This document shows positions 26,331 to 41,500 of a stretch of 64,000 nucleotides of DNA, piece by piece; position 1 is the first letter of the stretch, and every line of letters begins with the position of its first letter. Origin of the DNA: Gnetum montanum (Eukaryota; Plantae; Gnetophyta); assembly GCA_015680685.1 (NCBI GenBank), contig MNCI01002465.1, positions 423,268 to 487,267 of the forward strand, in the 5' to 3' direction. The position numbers and the translations under genes were made by a program. Below the pieces are notes generated by a model, which was not told where the DNA came from, did not search any database, and saw nothing but the letters and a program-made list of their open reading frames with translations.

Positions 26331-28299
26331 TCTATCTTGCTAAATTTTGTATTAGTATTTAATTTGGAAAGTCTAATTATTTTTTATATGTGCTTATTTT
26401 ATTTATGGGATGTTAAATCTAGATCAACTCTTATAGGAGAGTGTTTTTGGATTAATTTATTATGGTATTTTATTTTATATGATGTAATTAGCTTTATGAA
26501 AGTTTGTGGTGTGGCACTTGCAATGAATTTATTGATTTCTTATCTTGTTGTTTAAATGGCCTAAAACCATGTATTTCATGGTCTGAAAACCTTGTGATGA
26601 AATTCATAAATCATCTAAGAAAAGTAGCATTTCAAGAGAAATTATCATGTAGTACTTGTTGGTGCTAGAAATTTTAGTTGCTAGAATGGAAATCCAAAAA
26701 TCCAAGTAGCAGAAAAGTTTTAACCTTGAATCCAAAGGGTCTCTAAAAATAGAATTCAAGGTGTCCTAGACAATCAAGCTAATCACCTAAGGAATTATAA
26801 AAGTGTAAATGGAAATGGTAAATGGAAATAAAAATGACTTTGGAAATGGAAATAGAAATGAAAATGGAATTCAAGTTGCAAATCCTACATGAAAACAGGC
26901 ATAGAAATGAAAACACAAACTAAAAATTACACAACATGGACAATAACTTTGTTTAAATAAGAAATAAAGAAATAGGTTCATGAAGTACAAATTTTGTGAC
27001 AAGGGCATAAGAAGTTGCTTGCAAGAGCTTGAAGTCTATCTAAGAAGGTAGGTTGTGTCCTATAGCAACTCCACAATCTAGTTTCTTCCTAGCTCTAGTT
27101 TCTAGTAACTTTCTGTTGGTTTTCACCAAGGTGTGTAACATGGTCATGGAAATGATATTTTACTTTTGGTTTAATGGAAACTATGTGGGAGACTTTGTGC
27201 TTAGCATAGTACAAGTTTATGATACCAAAAGGTGCTACAAAATTTGGTGATTGTGAAAATGCCAAAAATGCTATTTCTTATGTCAAAGTTTGGAATAGAA
27301 TAAAGTATCTACATTGGATTTTTATAGGATAGATTTGGCTATTTTTGGATCTATACACCACTACCATGATTGCTGATAGATTGGTGTCAATTTTTAGGTG
27401 CAACAATCATTAAATTTTAGTGTAGTTATAATTTATAGTAAGTATGGTATATACTATAGCTACAAAACCCATATGTTTACTATAGATAGTAAATGGACTT
27501 TTGTAAGTACGTTGGCACCATCCTCACTATGCTAGCTTTGGTGGGGTATTTCGAGGTTTTTTGGAATGCCAAGAATTGTAGAAAATGTGGAGAGAGTTGA
27601 AAACTGTAGGAATGGTGAAATTCATTGGAAACTTTTGCACCTATTAGAAAATGCTATTTATGTTAGCCATTGAAGGCTTGGGATAACTACGCTAGCAATC
27701 GTCATTATCTAGAATGGAATAGACCTTCCCATCTACTATAGTACCATGTCTACTATAGTACCCATTGGAATTTATGGCTTCAACATAGTTGGGGCTATAC
27801 CCCTACAAAACCCCATAGAAATGCCAATTTTAGCCATTTACAAGGTATTTTTAGCCTTCCCAAGCCAAAATATAGACATGGGATATTTTTCTCTACTTGA
27901 AAAGTGATTCAATAACAAGTTTTGAAGTATTGTTTGGCCCCAAAAAGTTGAATTATGCAAGATTGTAGCTCATAGACTATGTATCTCATGTTTACAATGA
28001 ATCTTTACCAAAATTTGGGAGATGCAAGTTACAACATGAATTTTTAATGGTGTTTCATTGATCACTCTTTGCTGATGTCTAGAGGATTGACCTAAGAGAC
28101 ATCAAGAAAGAATACAAACACCACTATAGGTACATCACCAATGTTCCCTCTCTGTGCTTGATTCAATAGTGTCGAACCATGAACAAGAGTGCTTATGATG
28201 GTGGGGTAATAAGTGATGAGGTAATATGTAGCTATGAGAAACATGGTTACATGGACTAACAATGCTTTTCAAATGTTAACATCATGACTATGATGTGGC

Positions 28300-29568
28300 A
28301 CTAACGTGTTAGTTAATCCATTTAGGCTTCACACTTTGTGTTTTGAATTGTGGATCACTCAACAAACATGTTTGAGAAACCAACACCTTGCTCTAAGGTT
28401 TCTTTGGCCATTAGGCTCCTCCATTTGGATGTTTGAAGCTATTGATTTATTCTTTGATTTTCTTTGGACATCTAGCTTCTTGGTAGTTTGCTTCCTCCTT
28501 TAAACCTTCATTGGGTTTCTTTTCCAAAGTCAATTCTGATTTGATCCCATCAAGTGAGATGTGTTACACTCAATGGAATAGATGGTTTTTCATTAAATGA
28601 AGTATGTTATATTCAATAAACTTGATGGTGGAGCATGAAAAAGGAATGTTGTATTAACATAGTGTACAAGTGTCAAACATTAGTCAACATTGTTATCCAA
28701 GGTGTAGAAGTTTATAATAAGGCTATGGGGTTGGACTCAATGAAACAATAATGGAAATGATATGAGACAAGCATCCTTGGCATAGTAAGACAAACTCACC
28801 AAATCTTGCACATCGAGAACACATGAAGACTTGCTACTATAGTAAGTTGCATATTCATGATGACTTTAGGTTTTACCCTGAAAGCACAACTCTAAGAGGA
28901 AAAGGGAAACCAAGCAAAGAAAACATGTTATCATGTTATAATACATATGGTCACATAAAATAAAATTATGCTACCAAGTTTACCAATGTTTCCAATTTAA
29001 TGTCATGATAGGCCATGTTGCCAATTTAAGATCTTAGTAGGCCATGTTGCTAGTTCAAGGCCTCAGCAAATCAAGTTTCTAGTATAAGGTCTTATCGAAC
29101 CATAGAAAGATGTTCCTTTGTCATGCGAATGATGTCATGAAGGTTTTCTTATTATAGACCATTGAAATCATCCATATCAGTCCTTCCTTTGTAACCTAGC
29201 AACAATAGTAAACAACACTACAAGTGAGTGTTAGATGTAATTAGGGCAATGCGATAGTATTAATGTTGCACTGTAGGGGCTTGATGAGGTGATGAAAATG
29301 CTTAAGTTCTGGTGAGGAAATTAATCCTATGTGTTTTCTCCTCACCATCTTGGTCTTAAATGTGAACTTTGACTAAGGGACCTCCATGACATTTAAGGCT
29401 TTAAAGTCAGTGTTCATTAGACTACCTCAGGATAATGTTATATAGTAAAATGATTTTAAAGGCTTGGGTTATCTTAGTCTAACAACATCATAATAAGGAC
29501 ACATTTAGGCTTTAAGGCTAGTCCACTTTGCTATATTATCCTCCTAGCTCAATCCTACATGACAACAT
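28300..29568 (+). mobile_element. Very degenerate Ty3/gypsy-like gag/zinc-knuckle/protease remnant
   Basis: A degenerate zinc-knuckle-like stretch at ~28925 and weak gag-like residues upstream; frames are heavily broken. Confidence 0.3.
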
Positions 29569-32500
29569 TAAGGATCTTTGAACTGAGAAGTATGGGGGAA
29601 TGAATAAGTTCTCCAAATTAAAACTTTATGAACCAAAGTACATACAAAAAATTAATGTGGTTCCCAAACTTGGATAGTTCACATCCAAAGGGTAGATCAC
29701 AAGCACACCCTTAGATTTTTTTGCTCTTGAATGTGGTTTGAAGGATGCACATCCTATACAATCTTCAAGCCTCACTCTGGAGTGTTGTGCCGCAACATTA
29801 ATCACTCAACCTTGCAAACTCCCATTAATCTTGTAATGTGGTTTGTAGGATTTTCTAACCTTTACAATCTTGATCTCTAATCCAAAGTATTGTGTCACAA
29901 CATGAATGACTCAATCTCATAGGATCTTGACAAGCTCAATCCAGATGCCTTCCCACAAGAAGCACATTAACCTCGTAGGGCAACAAGGGAGAACAATTAC
30001 AAAGGATAGATGCAACTTAGATTGCTAATCCTTCCACTTTGAGGTACAACACACTTTACAATGAACAAAAGATGATACAATGAAGAGCAGTAAAGATCAT
30101 AATGATTCACAAAATGATTGTGCAATGATTACATATAAGCTTCCACATTTTTCGATTCATATGATCTCTTCTTATAGCTGCCATGTTTCCAAATCCATCT
30201 TGAAACTTATGCAATGACTAGTCAATAGTCACTAATGATCATGGAAGACTTCTTCTTCGTGCCTAAGAAATATTTCTGTATTTTCCTTCTATTTTGGTAA
30301 GACATCTTTGTTTGTGAAAGATGTCTTTCTAAAATCTCCATTTTTGGGAAGATGTCTTTCTAAAATATCCATTTTGGAAAAATTTCTTTCTTAAATATCC
30401 ATTTTGGAAAGATGTCTTTGTTTGATGAAAGATGTTTCTCTAAAACTAGCCTACATTCTATGAAGATGTCTTTTCCGAAGGGAATACATCTATTGTTTCT
30501 TGAAGATGTCTTTGCTTGTTCATCCTCTAATTTTGCCAAGACATCTACTATTTTTCAGAGACATATTTCTTCAACCTTTGAATTCATTGTTCCTTGTTCA
30601 AGCTTCTACAAACCTTCTTATCTTGATCCAAGGTTTTGTCCTACAAGCATAATAATCACACACATACAAAGAACCTTGTATTCCAATTTTCTTAATGTGT
30701 TAACATACCAAAACGTCCAAAATCTTCCACTTTTTGGTAATGTCTAAAACATTAAAAAATTGATTAATCTTTGGCTAGATACATAAAAGCAGATAAGCTA
30801 CTTATCCCCTTTTTTAGACATAACCAAAATGGATAAAGTATATAAATAAAGTGCATTAGACTGCAAAGGAGTAGGATAATCATGGAGGATTAACTGTACA
30901 TGAATTGAGGTATATGCAAAAATAAATAGCAAAGATAGACCACATAGAGATCATAAGGGAAATATACCATCTATCCATAGCCATTTGCAAACTATTACAA
31001 ACCATACTATCTAGAATCACAACAAAGTATAACTATCCACAACTGTCATTCCACATCAATTAGATATGTGCAATGTACCAAAATCACATATGTGAGAGGC
31101 AAAAAATATCTCTCCATTTTTGAACATCAAAAAGGAAAGAACAAAAAACTAGTTGAGGTCTCAATCACTAACCTTGGTATCATCGTTAGACTCAGAACCC
31201 ACTGTTGCTCTAGATAGATGATAAGTTTCCTCTCCATCATCATCACTATTGATGTTAGGTTAGCTTGATCTCTTCATGTACTCATCAAAGGACTCAACCT
31301 ACTACACTGAAGCCTACCTAAGATAAATCCTCACTCGAAACCAAATGGAAGTTGGTGGATTTGATGGAGCTAGTGGCTACTAAACTAGGATCCATTTGAA
31401 CGTGGTTGCAAAGATGCTCTCCATAGCTTATTGCTCAAAAGATCTAGGAGCATCAATAGAAGGTGAAACTCTATAATCAAGAGGGGCTAGATCATGGTGC
31501 TTTGGCTATTGCATGGAAGCATGATGCTCCCCGTAGACACCAGTTGGGGATGCCTCTAGCTAAGAATTTGATTCCATCCCTAAGTCATATGTATGTGAAG
31601 GTCCTACTGAAGAATGTCATGGAGGAATAGGAACATCCTCCTCATTATCAAAGATAGGAGGAGTAGTAACCTCCTTAAACACTTTCTCATCAAAAGGAGG
31701 AGGAATCCTAGCTACATTCAATCTCTTATGCAACTAAGAAAGATTCCTCCCAAGCTTCTCGATGACTCATACAAGGGCCTAAGAATTCTTCTTTAGAGAT
31801 GAACTAATTTGAACACTAGAGGATTTTGATTGTCTTAATTGTGGAGATGCTTCCCTCTTTTGTCTAGTACTAGGTCCTACTTTTGTGGCATGGAAAGTAC
31901 TCCTCTTCTTAATGTACTCACTAAGAATCCTTTTTCCTTTAAGTAAAGCAACTTTAGAATAGGGACACTACTCTAGCGAATCAACAAATTGATGGGGTAG
32001 GGGTGCCCAAGGATTCTCTCCTTGGCATAAAGGCTCAAAATGTCTCAGCAAAGAGTGTGTCCTAGATCCAGTGGCAACCATGTAAGAAGATAATATAGTA
32101 AAAATACCTTGGAATGGAGTAGATAATTGTAGCTACCTCATTTCACCCTAATGTTATACAAAATAATGAGTGACAAGGTGGAGGCATCAAGAATCATCTT
32201 ACTCCTCTTAATATTACCCGTATCAAATGACATATCTTTGCCAAACAAAACATCATAAAATTCATCATGTCCTATAGGTATTATAGCATTTGTGTAAATA
32301 TCATGCATACTATCAATGCTAACCCAAAGACATCAAAACTAGATATGCCTAGAATTGCATTCACAATTTTAGAAGAGACCTCAATAATAATTCTCCTAAT
32401 AGTTAATGCAAATGCCTGAACTACAAATCAAAGATAATAATATTACAATAGAATTCTCTAATAAGCACCTTAGGGACAAGAAAATTGATGGAAATGAAGG

Positions 32501-35500
32501 TGGTCCATTTCAAGAGCTTGAAGTTATCTAATAGAGCTTGTTCTCTATGAGTTGATGATGAGGGGTGAGGTACTCCTACACCCAACCATACGAACAAGAG
32601 CATTCACGCATAATCCGGTCAAATTCCAATAATTAAGTACTTATGCACTTACACAGAATAAGGATGAGTTATGTAGCCATTGCCTTCCAAAGCTTACTGG
32701 TAAAGCATAATTGTATGGTTAAGTAAACTCAAGGTATATGATTTTTATGTTTTTTATATTTTCTATCTTAATCTCCTAAGTGTGTGTAATGAAAATATTC
32801 AATTAACTAATGGGTCTTTTTCACTCTAATGTGAATCAAATCGTAACACCAACATCCATTCCCACTCTCTGGACACATCCTAAACTAGTGTAACACTATT
32901 GGGATTACCAAATACTAGTCATTATTGTGTTACCAAGTGTTCCACGTATGCTTGAAGTGGTCATGCTGAGTGTGCTAATTCATTGATAATTGATAATTAA
33001 TAATTCAGTAAAAATAATAGTAATTAACTATTGAAAACATCAAATAATAGTAAATAACATGAAATGCAATAATTAAGCTATTTTGAATGTTGCAAGTTTT
33101 ATCATAAAGTTCATCTTTATTTTTGGTCACAAGGTGTGCTCAGGTACATAATTCTCAAATAAAGATTTGTTCACTCTATGACTCCTATTATGGGCACTCA
33201 TAAATAATTCTAACTTTGGAATGGAAAACCTGCAAGAGTTCAACTAAGGGACTAATAAACTAATACTTAAACCAAGCACCCCTATCTCTTATTTATAGCC
33301 AAAGAGATAGGTTCTAAAATCACATGCTTGATATCATTTTAGCACCTCTGATATTGGGACTCATCATACCCCTACAACTGAATAAAAACTCATCCTTAAG
33401 TCTCATACAAAATATTGGGAAGGTATGGGATTATTGTTTGAGCAATAACTAATGGTGACATGGAATGACAAACTCAAAGTGCTTAGTGAACATATCGACA
33501 AACATATTACAACATTGGTGTTCATTGCCATTGTGGTGAACATTGTACATAAATGACATGTAGACCTTCATTTGACAACTTGAAGAGAGAGAGAAAAGAA
33601 AATGAGGTGCATTGCTATTGATGTAAAAAATGCACACACCGTTTTCCATCCATGGCCACATGACCAAGCTTGTTCCTTGCATAAATGCTCTTGCTCCAGT
33701 CCATCCTAGGTGCTCCCTCCTATCCTAGTCCATTATTCATGTGATCTCCATATGCACACACAACATAGTCACGAATTAGCAAGGATAGATAAGATATAAT
33801 GTAATTGATACCTTGCCTTGATATGAAGCACATTAGCTAGGTTGTGGGTATGGCAGATACTAGGTTAGAGGTTTGTAACTGATAACTATCGAAGGTGTAG
33901 GGGTAAGATAAGTAATGGAATGGAAAAATTTGTGACAAGTCCCCCATAACGAAGAGTATACTTCTACTAGCAATAGGATGGAAAATGAAAGAAAAATGAA
34001 GATTAGAGGAATAACAACGGTGAACCAATAAAAATGCATAGAATGGTAGAGAAAAATGGATGTCATAGATGGGGTGAAATGAGAAATAGTTGATTACAAG
34101 AAATGTTTAAGGGAAAGAACTTAACAATTGCATCAAAAAGGAATGCCAGTGGGTCCTTCCCAAAGTAAGCTCATGCCCTTTATGCCCTGACAAACCCACA
34201 AACCAAAGAGTCCTTAGGCTCTAGGAATGACATATGGAGACAATAATTAAGAATTCACCCACAAGAATTTACTAAAGAATAACAATGCGTCGACCAAGAT
34301 ATATACTAATCATAAAATTAGCAATGAGGTAGAATATGGGAACAAATATGGAAAGAGAAGAGAGAATGGAATGGAATCCCAAAATCAAGGTTGTGTAAAG
34401 TCCTTTGTGTATTATGTGGTTAAGGTGATTTGATAAAATTTAGTCCAAATTCAAATTTAAACTAACAACATCCAATGACCTTGCATCAAGACACTTGACC
34501 AACCCATCCTCCTGAAGAATAAGAATGCTTCCATAGAGCTACCACCACTCCAACAAGAGAAGAATAGAGAAGCAGGAAGTGAGAAAGGGTTGTAGTTAGA
34601 AGGAAGCTTCAGGCATGGGTAACATGTCTTTCTAGTGCGATAACCAATTCTTGTAGCCCATGTTTCTTTTATTACGTCTAAGGGGTGTGCTTTGAATTTC
34701 CACCAATTTTTTTAAGTGGGAACCACACCATGCAAAGACTTATTTGATTTGTGCAACTTCTTGATATTAGTCCATACTGGAATGGAAAATATCCTATGAA
34801 AAACATCCAAGTACCCAAGAGAATAGCTAGCACAAATGCATCGAATCCCCTTAAGGTCACACCCTTTTCAATCCATTGGGATCTTTCCTTGGTTTGAAGA
34901 ATACCAAGCCACAAATTGATTAATATGTTTGCTTAGAAAAAGGGACAATACATTTCCAAAACAAATGGAGACCATAGAGTTGAATGGATGATGTAGACTC
35001 ATTGCCTATTTTATCAAAAGAAACCATATCTTAGCATCAACATTAAAAGTCAAAGGTAAAAAACAAACATTAGCAATGAACACCATAATAGTCCAACCCA
35101 CCATCATGAGCACTTATTATGTGACAAGTGAAAATAATTCCAAAAAAAAATGTAATAGAGAAAGAAATAGTAAAGATGTTAATGATGGTGTAAAACAAAA
35201 ACAGGTAAAGATGAAAAATGTGTAAAAAAAATGGACAAAAGAAATTGAGGACTTAGAATAGTTAGCATTGGTGGCCATCTCCCCCATGATTGAGTTGGGA
35301 GGAGGAGATTCGAAATAATGAGCAGGGTTGTCCATTAACAGAGGTAGTGTTAGTACTGGCTATTTTAGGCTCATGGAAAGGTTTGGTTTTTTGGATGTTG
35401 ACCAATAATTTCTTACTCGGTCTTTTAGGTTTATAGATCATCATGGCCTCTGAAGGAAAAGTTTCATGAATGATATAGGATCCTTACCATAGTGTTTGAA

Positions 35501-38500
35501 ATTTAGTTCATTGTGGCACATGTGTGGGATGCCAATAAGGAACCCTATCTCCTAGTTGTTATTTGACTTTTCTAATTCTTAGGTCATGATACTGTTTGTT
35601 GAAGGCCTTGTGTAATTCATTGGATGACAAGGAAGCTAATCAGGTTTCATATAGCAAGTTAAGATTCATTAACTATTCTTCCTGTGCTAGATTGAGGTCA
35701 AGGTTAATGTCACATGCTATAGATAGTGTACAGAGCTCAGCTTGGATAGGAAGTGTTGAAATTTTACCGTACACTAACTCATATGAAGAATAGCCTATAG
35801 GGAGTTTCCACATGGAGTCGTAGGCCCAAAGAGCATCATTCAGTTTGGTACTCCAGTCTTACCTATATTTGCTAATGGTTCATGTCAATATTTTTGCGAT
35901 TTCCCTATTAGTGACTTTGGCTTGACCATTCGCTTAAGGATGATATGGTGTAGTCAGCTTATGCTCAACTCCTAAGTTTTACATCAACTTGCAAAACGTT
36001 GCACCTGTAAAATGTGTACCATTATAAAAAATAAGTGGACAAGGCATGACAAACATGTTTACAATTTGTTGTTGAACAAATTATGTAGCAATAGATGATG
36101 TATAGTCAGTAACAGTGGTTTCTTCTACCCACTTTGCAAAATAGTCAACAACAACAATAATGTATGCTTTTCCATTGGACATTAGTGTAATATGCCCCAT
36201 AAAATCAATACCCCATATGTCAAAGGCTTCTAAGGATTCAATCCATTGTTGTGGACCTTCCATCCTAGTAGTCATTCTGCCATCACATTGGCAACCCTCA
36301 CAAGATTGGATAAAATGATGGGCATCCTAAAATAATGTAGGCCAATAATATCCTACAAGAAAGATTTTAATGGTTTTTTGTCTCCCAATGTAATGACCCC
36401 CAAAAGGGCCCTCATGAGCATCTTGAAGAACACACAATTGATCTACATTGGGAACATACCATGAGACCAAGCCATTGAAACATACCTTGTAAGGGTATCC
36501 ATTGATTTTCATGAAATGTTTGACTCAGTGGAGAAACTCTTGTTTCTTTTTAATGTCCATCCCTTGTGGTGTTTCTTGTATGAGAAGATAGGTAAGAATG
36601 CTACTATACCAATATGTATCTATGGGTGACTAATTATTTATTACACCTACAAAGAGGAGTTCATCAGGGAAGCAATTAGAAATTGGGTATTCATCCTCTT
36701 TTTTCTCCCATCGCTCAAACATTTCTCGATGCCTTTACGATCAACAACAACATTCTCGATGCCTTTACGATCGTTCAACGTAAGATAGAACTCTTGCAAG
36801 ATCACAAACCATCGTATTATGGAAGGGCTCATTGTTGGTTTATTCATAAGGAACTGAATTGCACTATGATTCATGTGTACAAATATCTTATAGCCTAATA
36901 CATAGTGCCTAAATTTTTCTAGTGCAAACACCACAGCCATTAACTCTTTTTCTGTTATGGTGTAATTGAGTTGTGCACTAGCAATACTCCGACTTGCATA
37001 GTGAATGCAATAGGGATGTTTTTGGTTATCAAACTATGTAAGCACGACTCCTAAAGAAAAATTGGATGTGTTAGTCATTATATGGAATGATTTGGACCAA
37101 TTAGGGGCTTGTAGAATGGGTGTTTATACGAGCTTCTATTTCAAGGTTTAGAATGCTAGCTCACATTCCTTGGTCTATTGAAAGGGTACATCCTTTTTCG
37201 TTAATTTTATGAACAATTTTGCGATCTTCAAAAAGTTCTCAATGAAGCATCTATAATAGCTAGTATGTCCATGGAGTGATCAAATATCTTTTATGGTTTC
37301 AATTTGATGAGTGATTCCTTGGATGACTTTAATTTTTTCAAGATCTACCTTGATCCCTATTTGTGAAATTCTATGCCCTAATACAATGCCTTTTTGGACC
37401 ATTAAATGGCTTTTCTGCTAGTTGAGCCTTAGGTTGGTTTCAACATATTATTTCAGTGTTTGGTCTAAATGGTCCAATGCTTGTTCAAATTCTACTTCGT
37501 AGGTGAAGAAATCATCCATAAAAATGTCCACACCATTCCCTATTTGTTGCTGAAATATACTAAGAACTAGACATTGAAATGTTGTTGGAGCATTGCACAA
37601 TCCAAACGACATCTGCCTATATGCAAATGTTCCCCAAGAACTCATGAATGTAGTCTTGGCTTGGTCTTTTGGTGCTATTTGAATTTGATTGTACCCACTA
37701 TAACCATCCAAACTATAGTAGCAATGCCCTACAGTGGTATCTAAAACTTGGTCAACAAATGGTAATGGGAAATGATCTTTAAATGTTACCATATTTAATA
37801 GCCTAAAGTCTATACACACCGTTCATTTACCACCTTTTTTTTTGGTACAATGACTAATGGACTAACCCATTCACTATCAGCAATGGGGTAGATGAACCCA
37901 ACCTTTAGAAGTTGTTCAATTTCTTCCTTAATTACTTACTTAAGCCTTGGGTTCAATCATCTTTGCGATTGTCATCGAGGCTTCATGGAGGGGTTAGTGT
38001 AAATTCTATGTTGGCATATCCTAGGATCTATTCCAATTAATTTGGGATATGACAAAGTAAAGGCTTTAGACCATTTATTTACCATCTTCAATAGTATTTC
38101 CTTTTGTTGAGTGAGCTTAGCATTAATGATTACCGATTTTCCATTCTTGAGAAATATATTCTCCATACCGATGGGAAATGATTTTAACTCAAGGGGCTCT
38201 TGCTTAAACTTGTTAGGGATCTCCAAATTTCCCCAGTTGATATTCTTAGTGTTAGTATTTGGAAGTTGGCAATGGACTTGCTGTAATGCATCTATGCTAT
38301 CGATATAGGCACAAGTCAAGCCCTCATTTGGTTCCATGCATAAAATTGAATTGCTCTATTGGTCAGCTATCAACCACTGGGTGCCTTCTTTTCTTTTAGC
38401 TATTACATATAGGCATCTTTGTATGTTAGTTACTTGTGCACATTGGTTGCATGTAGGTAATGTTAAGCATTGTACAAACTAGGGCTTCTGCATGCAATTG

Positions 38501-41500
38501 CACCCTGTGTCACTCTATGTCATGCATGGAACTTTCTTGTTCTCTATCTTCCCAAATGTATTTTCTTTTGATATCTCTAGGGAAAAATCACATATTCCTA
38601 GGCAGAGATCAATCATACTTAGCCATGATCTTCCCATTATGATTGGGAAGTTCCCCTTATAGTTGTTGACTTGGATCACTAAGAAATTGGCTAGATACTA
38701 CCACCCACAAATAGAGGTGAAAATGTCCTCCACTAGTCCTAATGGAATAGTGATGGACTGGTCGACCAACTCTACATGCATGTTACTCTTTCTTAGTAGA
38801 GGCAAGTTCTAGGCTTTGTACATTTCTTAAGAGATCAAGTTAACACCAGAACCTAAATCCAAAAGAGCTTTACAAGCCTCATTTCCAATGATTTGCAAAT
38901 ATATAAGAGGACTTCCAAGATTATAAAATTTCCTAGGAAGATGACTAGCTTTAATCCAATCAGTGATGGCATGGATTAACATAATAGTGTGCATTGAGTG
39001 TGGTTTTTAGTTTGAAGGAAGCTTTGAAGATTTGAATGATGGCAAGGTGTTTGGACAATTAGCTACACATGGTTGTACAGACTTGGTTGTATTTTTGGTT
39101 CTAAAGAAGGGTTTCTTCTTTGATTAGTTGTTCAAACCAATAGTAGGTTAAGGATTGATAGCCTTTGTAGTATTACATTGCTATGGCTAGGTAGGAAGCT
39201 CACCCTACATAGTTGGAGTAAGTGGTAATGGAGGTAAGGATGGAAGAGATGTAAACAGATGAGAAGGAAAGTATGTATGTGGAGCGTCACCCCTAAAAGA
39301 AGAAGTTCTATAGTACTTGGGGGTATAGTAGTAAGGCTAAATAGTAACATGACTAGTAGAGTCACATGGAGAGATCGGTTGCTGAATGTAATACCTGTAT
39401 GGATCAAGTTAATGACAAGGGTACTATTGATATGGTGGTGGCATTCCCAATGATTTTTGGTGTTGCCACTATTGATACTGTTCATTCAGTTGTGGTGGAG
39501 CTCCAGTTGGATAATATGTCAAGGGTTGGTGGAACTGCCTTGGGTTACCTTGAGGATAAGATAACCTTTTGGGTGCTTGCCATCTATTTAATCATGGATT
39601 TAATGCATACACCTCTAGACTCTTGTAGATGCAACACCACTAGGAAACATCCCTTAGGATGGTCATATTGGCAAATCTCACATCTTACATCATCATCCGT
39701 GTCCGAATCCACAACGTCTTCAATGATAGCAACCTTGCCCTTACCCTTGTTCTTTAGACTCATCTACTATTTTTAAGATGGTTTGAAATTTTTCATCTAG
39801 AAAATTCCACATTTGATCCACCTTTTCTGATACTTCTAACACAAATTTTTGAATAGGCAAAGTCTTTCTATTCACCATCTCTTCAAGTGGTGACTCTTCT
39901 TCATCTTCACAAAATCTAATTTCCTTCTTTTGGAGGGAAGGATCTTTGTTATACTCCTATGCACTTTTCCTTTTCCTCAACTCACCTTCTGCCTTCGCAA
40001 CTTGCTCCAATAATATTTGTATTTGATGGGCTTTGAGCTTGTATAGCCTTCCTTGGGCATAAGTCCCAAGGGTTCTTCATATTTTGTACCTAAGCCCATC
40101 TACAAGATGGTGTAGTTGTTCCTTTTGCAAGTAACCATGGCCAAGGCAATGATGTAATAATATATAATATTGACCCATGGAAGCATCCAAGGGTTTGTGT
40201 CCTCCTTATTTTCATCCTTGGATTTGCTTATGTAGGTTGGACTCCCAAGAGTATATTTGATACTTATCATTGAATAGTTCTAACATGGTACTTCATCAAC
40301 GAATGGATTCTAATTCTAAGGACCGATACCAGCTTTCCGCTTCCTTGATCAGGTTTGTGGAAACAAATTTAGCTTTTGCCACTCATTTTCTATATTTTGC
40401 AAGGCACATGCATCATGGAATTCTTGTAAATGGTTTTGAGAATCAGCATTGTATCCCCATTCAAATCATGAGATGTTATTAATGTCTAGTCTTTTGATCC
40501 TACTATCCTTCTAGTGCCTGGTTGGGATCCTAACAACCTTTGTGATATCTAACATACTTCAGGTGGTGAGTAGAGGTTCATCATAATCATGCTATTTATG
40601 GAACCTATGATGCCTATGCTATTTCCTAATCTCCCTTCTTTTGTGATGTGTCTCTTTGGAATGCCCTCGTCCCCTTTCTTTACTATCTTGTCAATGATTT
40701 CTATCTCGCCTATCCTTCTCCTCATGGTCTTATCCTTTGTGATTGCATTTAGATCCTAAAGGAGAGGGGAAAAGAGATGATGAAGGTGAAGAGGAAGGAG
40801 GACTAGCACCATTATGGTGTCTATCATCTTCCCTTCGATGATCACAGCCTCAGTCACGGTTACAATCAGAATGTCTATCATTGTCATGCATTTGTGTTTG
40901 TTTTTTAGATCCTTTATGTCTATTGGTACCAGAACCTAGGTTGTGAATAGTTGAATGAAGATTCTGATAACCAACTTCATGACCGAAGTCAATGAGAGGA
41001 ACATCATTTTGTGGAAAACCTCTCGAGACAGGTTTACCACCCTCATTTTCACTTAGGACATATGGGACATCTTGAGACCACTTTCCCTTCATGGATTTGT
41101 AATGTCTCTCCTATTGTAGGTTCCTCTAATGTTCTGCCTCCATGGGTTGATACTCTCTTGAATTGTGTTCATTCACAATGTACTCTGACTATAAGTGTTG
41201 CATACCAATTCATGTGAGAGCATGAAAAATCATGCTTGGGATTGAGCGATCATGAGGTAACACTATGTTACCTTCTAAATCATACCATCACAACTATTCA
41301 TCTTGGTGGAGGATAAAGGTAAAGTTTGGTATATACTGATTAGGATGAGTGTATACCAAGCAAAACTATTGGGGCACTAGAAGATCATCATGTGCACCCT
41401 GCCTTCGATTATCCATGGTGTCAGAGCTAGTCGATGAAGCACTCTCATAAGAAGAAGGAGGCATGATTAATTATTCAGGGTGCCCTTTTTTAGTAATTGT

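Noticed and set aside
26550-27530. Possible LTR plus PBS (TTGGCACCATCC ~27512) with GGAAAT repeats
   Set aside because: There is no second LTR copy or defined termini in the window.
39132-39776. Longer ORFs (117 and 136 aa) within the Athila gag-protease spacer
   Set aside because: These are off-frame or antisense readings of a low-complexity TE region with no recognisable domain.
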